NCBI GenBank assembly: GCA_950097015.1
Contig: CATNEN010000038.1
Coordinates: forward strand, 1,364,001 to 1,428,000
Direction: 5' to 3'
Length of the DNA stretch: 64,000 nt
Source: Macrostomum hystrix
Taxonomy: Eukaryota > Animalia > Platyhelminthes
In this document: positions 11,307-21,918 of the stretch, one piece after another
How the letters are laid out: the number at the start of each line of letters is the position of its first letter
Numbering within the stretch: the first letter of the stretch is position 1
Notes under the pieces: generated by a model
Told to the model about the DNA's origin: nothing
The model's input: only the letters and a program-made list of their open reading frames with translations
Databases searched by the model: none
Program-made: the position numbers and the translations under genes

Positions 11307-14300
11307 TTAATAGTTCCGATGGACCGGAATGATGACGTCCTCCAACACGGCATTGGGATCCGGCTCCACGTAGACCGGATACTCGCGCACAACGCCCTTG
11401 AACTCCAGCGAGTTGAACGACGCGATGAACACCCGGTTGCCAGCCCTGGCCGGGTTCAGCGTGATGCTGCAGTTGGCCTTCTCGCCGCGTTTAACCAGAC
11501 TGTGAATGTCAGGTAAGGTCATATTCTGTTTGAATCTAACAAAAACTACCTATAATCAGCCCATTCGCTAGTGTAAAAATACATGTAAATTTAAGCCGCA
11601 CTACTGATCGAGTCCATTTTAAGTAGTAGAAGTAGCACACGTGCGATTCTTACCCGACGTCCTGGACGTGGCTCTCGCCGCGCAGTCCCGGCCCATCGAT
11701 GCTGAACCTGCCTTCGTGCAGGTCGAAGGGCAGATTGTTGACAAAGACGCACTGGAAGTGGAAGGTCTTGTTCTGGGCCACCTCGCCGGTCAGCTGAAAA
11801 TTAACGCATTAAAAGTTGATTGAGTTTCTTACAAAAATAGACGTCTTTGGATATTCTGCTAAGCTGCAATCGCTGCAGCTGTGCCAGTGGCTGTTCATTT
11901 GGCCCAACAGGGTTAGGCTAGCGTAGTGATCTTTCTATTATAAAATCTTATATACTCAAGAATTGAGTGGCAGAGCGTTTATCGCATCTGCTTCACGAAC
12001 CAAACAGCCTGAGCTCGATTCCGCGCGAGGCCACTTTCTTTTTTGGAGCAGCCGCGGAGAGAAGGCTTGGCGGCTTGTTAAATTTAATTTACGCTCTTGA
12101 GGGCAAACCTCCACAGCACAATGAGAGTGTACACTGCATGAAAATGAGAAAGTAAGGGCAGATGTACACACACTTGTGTGAGCGTGTGCCTGCGTACGGT
12201 ATCTGTGTGTGCGGTTGTGCTCAGGAGTCAGCGGAATGTGCAGGTCTAGTGTCACCAACTGTTTTGCCATTGCCCGCAGCCCTCCTGCAATTAATTATAT
12301 TTCTAAGTTACATGTACGCATGATGCTGGCTTTATTTTTAGCTTTAGTCGTCCATCTTCTTAGAAAACCTTTGTTTTATTCGCGAGTCGATGTCCGTTTT
12401 CTGATCTGATCGTGTTGCTTCTTATTTATTTCGAGCCTTATTTCGCTTATTTCGGTTCTATTTCTTAAGAACCATTAGTGGTAACTTGCCACGATCAAGG
12501 CTAATTAAATAAAGTTCGTGAGCTCACGTTAATCTCCATCTCCGGATTGACCAGATTCACAATCGTCTGCTGCACCAGCTTGTCTGAGCCCTGCACTGCC
12601 ATGGCCACCACCTCGATTCCGACCTCCTCCTGGCCGGAGGCCTCCGAGTAGTCCTCGGCCTTCACGGCGACCTCGACCATTGTGGCTGCAAGCGTAGGTA
12701 AACTTTATTTAGAAAATTCTACTCTTAGATTTGTTTGGTCTATGCTCAAACGGAACTCAAATCTGCACTCACACGAACTGCCAGGTACAGTGATCTCGCC
12801 CTTCTCATGCGCCAACTCCTTCAGCACTTTGCCATTGTACTTCTTTAGATGCACACAGAAGCCGTAGTTGAACACCTTGTCCTTCTTGTGACCATTCTTG
12901 ACTTCCAGCACAATGGTCAGGTCGTTGCCAATCACCAGAACCTCCTCCGTGATGATCTTCAGCTTCACCTCGTGCTTGGACCTGTTATCGTCGCGACGCT
13001 CGCCCTTGCCCTGAATGCGGCTGCTGCTGATCGCCTTGTTGAAGGCCGCCTCCTCTTCGGGTGAGCCCTCCGGGTACTTGTAGAGCAGCGTGATGTCCTG
13101 CCGCTCGGCGCTGCCAACAGCTTTGGTGCTGATGAACTGGCCGACTTTGGTCGGGTCGGAGAAGACCTCGGTGTCTTTGCCGTCAGCCGAGCGGACCCAG
13201 TGCTTGATGCACGCGTTCACTTCGGCGAACACGAACGGCGTGTCGAAGGGCAGGTCGACGAGGCCTTCCTTGATTGCACGCAGAGGGCACGGACCGGTGC
13301 GGTAGATACCTTGGCTCTGCTCCTGCGGCGTGGCGTCCACAGCCTGCCAGCCGTCGAAGTCGGCGCCCAGGTCGGGCCGGGCCATCCACAGGTCGTTCCA
13401 CACGTGGAAGTTCCTGTTGATATATCAGAAAAATCCTGATTGGTTAGAAGGCTCTTGACTAAACAATCCCTATTGGCTAGAAGGATCTTGACTAAACAAT
13501 CCCTATTGGCTAGAAGGATCTTGACTAAACAATCCCTATTGGCTAGAAGGATCTTGACTAAACAATCCCTATTGGCTAGAAGGATCTTGACCTAACAATC
13601 CTGATTGGCTAGAGGCTCTCAACGTCAAATTCCAATTGGCTAGAAGGATCTTCATCTGATAATCTGTTAATCATAAAAATTATAACAAGAGGGTTGTGGC
13701 CACTGGAACGTCATATGGTGACACTAGACCCGCAGCCAGCGAGAGGCAATTCTGTCAAAATTCTGTCATACGCAGACATACGCTCACACAGGTGTGTACA
13801 TCTGCCCTGACTTTCTCATCGTCAGATAATGTACACTCTCACTGTGCCTTGGAGGTTGGTCCTCAAGAGGGCGTAAATTGCACGACAAGCCCCCCAAGCC
13901 TTCTCTCCGCGGCTGCGCCCCAAATGAATGTGGCTCTCGTGATAAAATGGCTTGCTAATGTCAATAATAAGTTTGCTTGCTTCAGGAAAGCAAGAACCTG
14001 GCCGGAAACTCATAAGTTAAAAGACGTGGTCTTTTAAAGATCAAAACTGTTTGCTTTTAGCTCACCAGATGGAGTCGGCACTTCCGCCAGCAATCGGCGT
14101 CAGGTCCTCGTCGAAGTAGTGGTCCACAATGAGGTTGCAGTTGGTGTCGTGGGCCGAGTCGTAGTTGGTCACACTGCGAGCTGGGATGCCGAGAGCCCTG
14201 GCAACTGCGGGTTGGGTTGCATGGGTTGGGTTGGGTTGGGTTGTTGAGTTCGTGTGGTTGGCTCGTGTGATAAGCCCTGATGCAAGCGGGTCGATGACAG

Positions 14301-16106
14301 AGCGGTTAACGTGTTTGCCTCTCGCACCACGAACCCTAAGTTCGATTCTACGGCGAGGCCACATTTATTTGGGGCGCAGCCATGGAGAGAAGGCTTTGGG
14401 GGCTTGTCGTGCAATTTACGCCCTTGTGTACGGTATCTGTGTGCTCAGGAGTCAGTGGAACGGGCAGAATTGCCTCCTCGCTGGCTGTGGGTCTAGTGTC
14501 ACCAAATGATGTGCCATTGCCCGCAGCCCTCCTGCAATTATTATTATTATTATAAGCCCCGATGCAAAACAGTTTTCTCAATTCGGACGTACATGTGGTG
14601 AGCACCCCAGAGAAGACCCAGCACTGTCCGAAGCAGACAGGCTCCTGGTCCTGGTAGTACTTGGCGATGATTGGAAGGCTGCTCTTCCACTCGGTTGGCG
14701 ACACGCCTCCGGTGTAGTCGCCGCTCCAGTTGCCAACCAGAACGCCGTTGTCGTCGTTGCTGTTCACCAGGGCGGAGAGGGTTCGAGCCACCTCGACTGG
14801 GTTGCCCCACTGTTCCAGGGGAAGCTCGGACTTAGCCAGCAGCAGGTAGGCACAGTCCAGAACCGGGTCATCGAACTGCGGATCAAGAAAATAGGAAGTG
14901 ATTTCCCTCATTATGAATCCCCTCAGCCTAGTAGGATATGAATCCCCTCAGCCTAGTAGGATATGAATCCCCTCAGCCTAGTAGGATATGAATCCCCTCA
15001 GCCTAGTAGGATATGAATCCCCTCAGCCTAGTAGGATATGAATCCCCTCAGCCTAGTAGGATATGAATCCCCTCAGCCTGGTAGGTTGTGAACCCCCTCA
15101 GCCCCTTTTTTGCCCTGCCTTCGCTCACCTGGCCAAAGTACCAGGGCCGGCTGCCGATGCTCCTGGAGGAGCCGAAGTACACCCTGCCTTCGTCCTCCAT
15201 GACGTACTCATTGCGCTCAGCTTCGTTATCCATATAGACGGTGTCATCTGCGTTGGTGACAATGATGGCATTATCGATCCCTCTCTAACCAAGGTGCCCG
15301 GAATTAGCTCGAATCCTACAGCCTCTGGTTGCGCATCAAAGCACACCCGCACTTACTGGAATTGAACGGATTGAAGATGACCGACACCGAGAACTTCACA
15401 TCGTAGGAGAAGTTCAACTCAAGAGTCCGGCTCACAAACAGCTGCGTGATCCAGTACTTGGCCACGATGCAATTCGGCGATGTAACAAACACGGCGGTGG
15501 CCTTGTTGCTACCAGCATAGACGATCAACTAGTTCAGGGTTTAGAAACAATTTCACTGACATTGATTGGCTGTACAAGTACCGAACAATAATAATAGCAA
15601 CTCAAGACAGCTCACGGATCGAAGCTGGATGGGGCAGCCATCGGATTCGTCCGCGCTGAATCGGGTCGGCCTCTGAAATGGCGAAGTTTTCATGTTGCGT
15701 TTAATTATTTGATGACGCTGCTGCGGTTGCTAAAGGCAACGCTATTGTGGATTTTTTAGACGAGCTAATCTTAAAATTGTTAACGAATTCTCACTCGAAT
15801 ATGAATAACAGTTCTCTAAGGCACTCTAAGGCACAGTGAAAGTGTACACTGCCTGACGATGAGAAAGTCAGGGCAGATGTACACACCTGTGTGAGCGTAT
15901 GCCCGCGTACAGTATCTGTGTGCGTGTGTGCTCAAGAGTCAGCGGAACGGGGAGAACTGCCTTTTCGCTGGCTGCGTTTCTAGTGTCACCAAATGATGTG
16001 CCATTGCCCGCAGGCCTCCAATTTATGAATTATTGATGAAAATCACAATAAACTCTGGCTCACCATTTTGTAACTGTTGTTCGATTCTGCCCATTTGGCT
16101 GACCCC

Positions 16107-16146
<40 letters not shown>

Positions 16147-17443
16147 AGTAGATAGAATATGCTACGAATTTCAGATAAAGACTTGCCTCCTTCAAATGCC
16201 AATCTCGCTTCAACCGATCGACACCAAAGTCGGTGGTAGTGACGGTGAATGAGAACAGGTCTTTGTCGTCCACCTGCTCGTCGAATTCCATGTCCAGGTA
16301 AAACTGCTCACCGCGGCGCACCACCATGCCGGTGCGGTTGGCCACCTGGTCATAGAAGTCCGTGAAGTTCCGCTTGCCACTCTTCACGTACCGCGGCACA
16401 TAGCGGAGAAGGCTGAGCTCTGCTCAAGGCAGAAGTTTGGTGTGTGTGATTTGGTTTCAATTTTGAGAGGTGTCGCATTTTCCGCTACATTACAGCGCAT
16501 TATTCTGAGACACAGGTTCGTTGAAATTAACAGCAGGACTACCCAGCCACCCCCCGGAAACTTTTTTAGCAACACTGAATGCTAACAGAGTTGGGTGGCG
16601 ACTGATTGGTTGACAGACCAGGCGATGATGTACTGTGGTTGAGCTGCGCCTAATATTTAGGCTAGATCACTAAAATTGGAGAAATTCGCTTCAGGGTGTC
16701 CATAGTGGCCTTGTTCTACCTGTTGTAGCCCTTGAATGTCCGACAGTCTGTCTAGATAATGGTAGGTGACCACCGAAGACGGAGATGATGCAGGCACATT
16801 CGGGTGACACGCTTTTAAATTTTAAAGGCCTGGCAAGGCCGCACTGAGGCGCAGTGCAAATTCGTGTATAGGGATGTACGAACAGCAGAGCTTGTAGGAA
16901 AAATCTGAATTTAGCAAGAACCATTGAATATCTCGACGGCCTGAAGGGCTGGTGACTTGATTCTTGTTAAAGAAGATGCGCAATAAAAATATGGCCTGTG
17001 TTGTTGAGTTCCGTGTGCTTGCGTTGCTCCGTTCTGGTGCGGCAAAAAGAATTGTCAGGGGGAATCCCCCCTTCTTGGTAGTTCTACTGTTAAAAAAGTG
17101 TGCTGAATTGTGATTTTATTGAACAATAAATTTAGTCCAGCTTTATTCTTTCAATGAGGGAAAGGCATAAATTGTTTAAAAAATTAATATTTTCTATGAA
17201 ACGCTGTTTCCAGGCCCCAGCAGCCATGCAGGCACGGAGCCACATCGCCTCACTTCTCTGCACATTGGCGTCAGTCGTGTCAGCAAACGGCAGCCAGTCT
17301 CGAGTCCTAGTCGACTGCGGACTCGTCGCTCTGAGGTCGCCGACATCCGCCTGGTCGCTCTCAGCTGTGTAGTAGGACGATGTCGACAGCTGGTCGCTGT
17401 CCTTGCGTGGCCGAACATCTAGCCAGGACTTCAGGGACTCCAT
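11307..17443 (-). CDS. Transglutaminase (protein-glutamine gamma-glutamyltransferase), 11 exons: 17443-17254, 16419-16187, 15672-15616, 15528-15357, 15247-15129, 14875-14593, 14204-14066, 13413-12773, 12685-12528, 11793-11654, 11499-11307 (~774 aa)
   Basis: VVRRGEQF, FNPF, ERNEYV, PWYFGQF, catalytic GQCWVFSGV, ALGIPARSVTNYDSAHD, WNFHVWND, GWQAVDATPQE, YKYPEGS and C-terminal beta-barrels; all splice phases compatible (2325 nt). Exon 1 is the least certain. Confidence 0.93.
11962..12300 (+). mobile_element. tRNA-derived SINE family A in a transglutaminase intron
   Basis: A box-like GTGGCAGAGCG, B box-like GCTCGATTCC, shared body, AT-rich tail. Confidence 0.8.
13430..13660. repeat. Intronic minisatellite, ~37-bp unit (ATTGGCTAGAAGGATCTTGACTAAACAATCCCT-containing)
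   Basis: About 6 direct repeats adjacent to the acceptor at 13414. Confidence 0.85.
13680..13935 (-). mobile_element. SINE family A, 5'-truncated copy
   Basis: Reverse complement of the family A body. Confidence 0.75.
14285..14555 (+). mobile_element. SINE family A, internally deleted copy
   Basis: GACAGAGCGGTTAACGTGTTTGCCTCTCGCACC...GTTCGATTC; (ATT)n tail. Confidence 0.8.
14912..15100. repeat. Intronic minisatellite, 25-bp unit ATGAATCCCCTCAGCCTAGTAGGAT, ~7 copies
   Basis: Direct repeats filling most of a 253-nt intron. Confidence 0.9.
15815..16035 (+). mobile_element. SINE family A, 3' half
   Basis: AAGGCACAGTG...TGCCTGACGATGAGAAAGTCAGGGCAGATGTACAC...CTCAAGAGTCAGCGGAA body. Confidence 0.75.
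16110..16142. repeat. (CA)n microsatellite
   Basis: Visible dinucleotide run. Confidence 0.95.
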
Positions 17444-18402
17444 GCTCACCTCCGAGTTTATCCACGCATTCAGTGGCTAATCAATCGGATCACAATACCT
17501 CCTGAGTCCATGAGAAGCAACAAAAGCAAACTGCTACTGTAGAAGCAATGCTACAAGCAATTCGAAAACTCACTGTCTCCGAGAACTCGACGCTTTCGCT
17601 CCATCTGTGCCTCGGCTTCTGGCTATTGTACTGAGCTGCGGGCTGAGCCTCTGTTTGCTCACTGAGGGGGCAGGGCAGGCAGGTGGTGTTGGGTCTGGCA
17701 ATAATTTAAATACTTTCGGAGTCCCATTGTAAAGCAGTTTTGCTTTCGTTGCCTTTTCATTGGACTCGTCTTGCTTTTATTATTTTTAACAAAAGATTAT
17801 TCGGCGACAATCAGCGTTATAATTCATCCGACCCTCCGAGCATTTGCTCGCTGTATCTGCCTACAGTTGCCCAAACTGGTTTTAATTCCAGAAATTTTTA
17901 TAAGAGGGCATTGTTCAGTTGGTCTCAAACTAAGCTGCTCAACCATGGTTAAGAACAAGATCTATGAAGTCTCATTCAGCTCACCTCAGTGAATGCTATA
18001 ATACCTAGCGTAGACGAACATTTTCAAGACAGGAATTGTTTAAAAAACCAACCCTAACTACATTCTTATTTAGCTTCTGCTTGCAGTTGAAATGGGGCCA
18101 TTTTGAGATAGCCCATATAATTTTTTCAATGCTATTTTGTTTATTCTTGTCCATTTTTGCACGTGGCATTGCAGCTGTCACGAGGAGCTATCTCTAAAGC
18201 TGATGCAGTGAGTTAGGTTTGACCTCGCGTTTAAAATACCAGCGGCAAGTGCCACCCCCGTACCGATGCTGCTCCAAGATGCTCAGTAAAGTGTTTCGTA
18301 GTTCTTTAGAGGCTTAATTAGCCTAAAAAGTTTTTTTGATTGTAAAATATAAACTCGTAGTTTTGCTTGTGCGACTAGTAAATATTCAGAGCATAGATTC
18401 CT

Positions 18403-19380
18403 TATGTACACTGGATAGGCTGAGCGATGAGTCAGCAAATGTACACTGGATAGGCTGAGCGATGAGTCAGAAAATGTAAACTAAATAGGCAGAGCGATGA
18501 GTCAGCAAATGTACACTAAATAGGCAAAGTGATGAGTCATCAAATGTACACTGAATAGGCAGAGTGATGAGTCATAAAATGTAAACTAAATAGGCAGAGC
18601 GATAAGTCAGCAAATTTACACTAAATAGGCAGAGTGATGAGTCATCAAATGTACACTGGATAGGCTGAGCGATGAGTCAGAAAAGGTAAACTAAATAGGC
18701 AGAGTGATGAGTCAGCAAATGTACACTAAATAGGCAGAGTGATGAGTCAGCAAATGTACACTAAATAGGCAGAGTGATGAGTCATAAAATGTAAACTAAA
18801 TAGGCAGAGCAAAAAGTCAGCAAATGTACACTAAATAGGCAGAGTGATGAGTCATAAAATGTACACTGGATAGGCTGAGCGATGAGTCAGAAAAGGTAAA
18901 CTAAATAGGCAGAGTGATGAGTCAGCAAATGTACACTAAATAGGCAGAGTGATGAGTCAGCAAATGTACACTAAATAGGCAGTGATGTACACTAAATAGG
19001 CAGAGTGATGAGTCATAAAATGTAAACTAAATAGGCAGAGCAAAAAGTCAGCAAATGTACACTAAATAGGCAGAGTGATGAGTCATAAAATGTACACTAA
19101 ATAGGCAAAGTGATGAGTCATAAAATGTACACTAAATAGGCAGAGTGATGAGTCATAAAATGTACACTAAATAGGCAGAGTGATGAGTCATAAAATGTAC
19201 ACTAAATAGGCAAAGTGATGAGTCATCAAATGTACACTGAATAGGCAGAGTGATGAGTCAGCAAATGTACACTAAATAGGCAGAGTGATGAGTCAGCAAA
19301 TGTACACTAAATAGGCAGAGTGATGAGTCAGCAAATGTACACTAAATAGGCAATGTGATGAGTCATAAAATGTACACTGA
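18403..19380. repeat. Minisatellite, 35-bp unit AAATGTACACTAAATAGGCAGAGTGATGAGTCAGC, ~28 copies
   Basis: Direct repeats; most units carry TGAGTCA. Confidence 0.95.
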
Positions 19381-20278
19381 AAAGTAAGAGTAACAGTTGC
19401 TTAAAAACGATTCTGAAACAAACAATTTTTTTCGCAAGCAGTTTGTAGTCTTTTTGGAAAACTTCCGAAAGAGTTCATTTTAAACACTTACTTAACATAT
19501 CTGGGTTCTAATAAGAATTTAAATGTTTTTTTTCTAACAACATACTTATATCAAGGTTCTAGACTTGAGTTAAAAAGTGAATAAGTTGTTAACACAGACT
19601 TTCATTTTGCCGTGTTAAACTACAAGTAAGTTTTTAAAAGATAATATGACTAACTTCATCATAGCAATCGCGATGCATCCGATTTGTTTTTAGTTTTTTG
19701 TCTATGTTAAAAACGCAGAAATTTTTACGGAAATATCTCTAGACCATAGACTAAAGAGCCATTTCGAAGATGAGACTCGAGATAAAGATGCTAAATCAGA
19801 CTCGGTACTGATTCAGTATCAAATTTGGTACTGTGATTTGCGCTCCCTGTGCGGTGCACGCACCACTATGTCCTGGAAGTCAGCTGTGCAAGCTCTTGAA
19901 GATGCTAAAAGGCAGGAAGAGGAATTGGAAGGCTCTCAGGTGAGTTTTCTGCGAATCTGATATGTTTTAATTTCAGATTCTCGCGAGAATCGGTGAATAT
20001 CTAAAAAAGGCCGAGCTTTTGTGATTCTGGAAGTTATTTCATCGGATAGAGCAAAACATTTTAGATGGCTTTCAGGAGTTTCATTGTTTGAATATTTTGG
20101 CAAATACAGAAAAAATATGGGTATTTGAAATCTCCCATTGGTCTTTCTACGGGTAATCAGGCGAGCAATAAAAAAACAAATCAATTTTCAGCTTCATTTC
20201 CGTGAACGCCTTCAAACATTTTTGACCTTCTGTCGCGAAGATGTGACCGCTTGGTTTTCTTGCAGCGGAGAGCAAAAC

Positions 20279-20551
20279 ATGCTGAAGTGGGGCCGAAGGT
20301 TCTATATGTTCAGCATTCTCTGCCTGGTTGTTGGCTCAGGCCTCGCTTATCCAGGTCTTATGCTGCGCTTAAAAAATACGGCATCGTTAAAGCGGGCTGA
20401 AATTAAAATGGTGCAAGAAATGTCCAAAAAACTCCTCACCTGGGGCGTTGTGCTGCTGTTTCTTTCCTGCTTCTCCATGTTCTGCTGCACGTGTCATTTG
20501 GATCCGGTGACAGTGTCAAAGCGAAGACGCTTCCAGGGCGTTTACATCTGA
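20279..20551 (+). CDS. Possible small membrane protein with two TM segments and a Cys cluster (90 aa), function unknown
   Basis: ATG preceded by an acceptor-like TTTTCTTGCAG; two hydrophobic segments; AATAAA at ~20689; no recognisable family. Confidence 0.35.
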   Translation: MLKWGRRFYMFSILCLVVGSGLAYPGLMLRLKNTASLKRAEIKMVQEMSKKLLTWGVVLLFLSCFSMFCCTCHLDPVTVSKRRRFQGVYI

Positions 20552-21009
20552 CTATGTAGGTGCAATTTTGTTTGGTGATTTCTCAGGTGCTGTGATTAAC
20601 AGGGCTGATCAGCTCTGTGATCAAAATTTTGCTGGCCCAGAAATTGTTGTTATTATTATTCCGTAAATTTTCACTAACAATACATTTGAATAAAAAAGCA
20701 TAACTATGCTTTGAGCATTGTTTGCTGTAACAACTTAGACACAATGATTGACGCCTTTTTAAGTGATGGACATTTGTCTTTTTCTTTTGATTTTTTTCTT
20801 TTGCTACATTTTTCCGCTTTATCCAATGAAATTCAGATATTCAAGAATTCTTGTCTGGTGTCAGGTAGAAAATACCATCAATAGGCATAATTTTTCTGCT
20901 CACAAAATTTCAGCCTGCAACCATATCGGCTATTGTTGTCGCTAATATTGTAGTGATTATATAGTTAACTGTTACTTATTGAACCAATATGGATTCGCTA
21001 GTTATCATT

Positions 21010-21602
21010 GTCTCTATCTATTTGCAGGGGGGCCCGGGGCACTTGTCGCACAAGCGACGGAGCGGCACGCCCCCAGACCGGCGAACTAGGCGCTTTTGCG
21101 CCCATCGCGCCGCCTCCCCTGAGCAGGCACCACACACAGCAGCACAGACCAGCCGGGGAGGGCAGGAGGCACCCAGAATGGCAGCAGTGCCCCCCCACCC
21201 CAGCCCCACACGCACATAGCAGACCAAGCCGGGGCGGAAGGCTGATAAGAAATCAGTCCTCAGGGGAGGCCCGGTGATGAGTGTACACTTATCCAATCGC
21301 GCTGACGGAAGTCCAGAAAGCGCGCGGCGGTGTACACCCGCCCTCCAGCCACCCCCCGCAAGGTCTCACGCCCTAGCGCCAACGCACACAACTCACACAA
21401 CGCAGAACAGGCACACAGAAGGTAGGAGCGAAGCTATTATTTCAAGCTTTGATTGCACGAAATATGGTGCACCTCCGCCGGTCGCTACTGTCCAAACCTC
21501 CCAACAAGTCCCGAAATTAATCGTGACTTGAAGGATGAATCGAACTAGTGTCCTTTGGAGTGCGAGGCAGCGACGTTAGCCGCTTACCCACTCGCCCCAC
21601 TA
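21010..21602 (-). mobile_element. tRNA-derived SINE family B
   Basis: Colinear similarity to 37455-37955; the minus strand starts with a tRNA-like head (GAGTGGGTAAGCGG...GTTCGATTC) and ends in an A-rich tail. Confidence 0.75.
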
Positions 21603-21918
21603 GTTATCCTTGTCACCTGGGTATTTGAAAAGAGTCGCTGAATTCCTCGACGTCGATGCTGAAAATTTGTCTATCGAAAAGTTAATCATATGGTCGACTT
21701 TTACGGATATCGGTCATTCGGTTTGGGAGCTAGGCAAGGCAGAAGGCAGTGAAGAAGGCAGTGTATTGAAATACCCTCATGGTTTTTCTGCTGTTGAAGG
21801 CTTCGATTCAATATTCGAAGGAACAAATGAAAAAATAACTCGACATATCTATTTAAGAATAGAAGAATGTCACAATGGGCATGTTGGATGGTTCGCGAGA
21901 GAGGTTCGAGCACACTCG

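Noticed and set aside
15848-15885. Hammerhead-ribozyme-like CTGACGA...GAAA in SINE A
   Set aside because: No stem II between the boxes, and CTGAC is paired with the downstream GTCAG, which is incompatible with the hammerhead core
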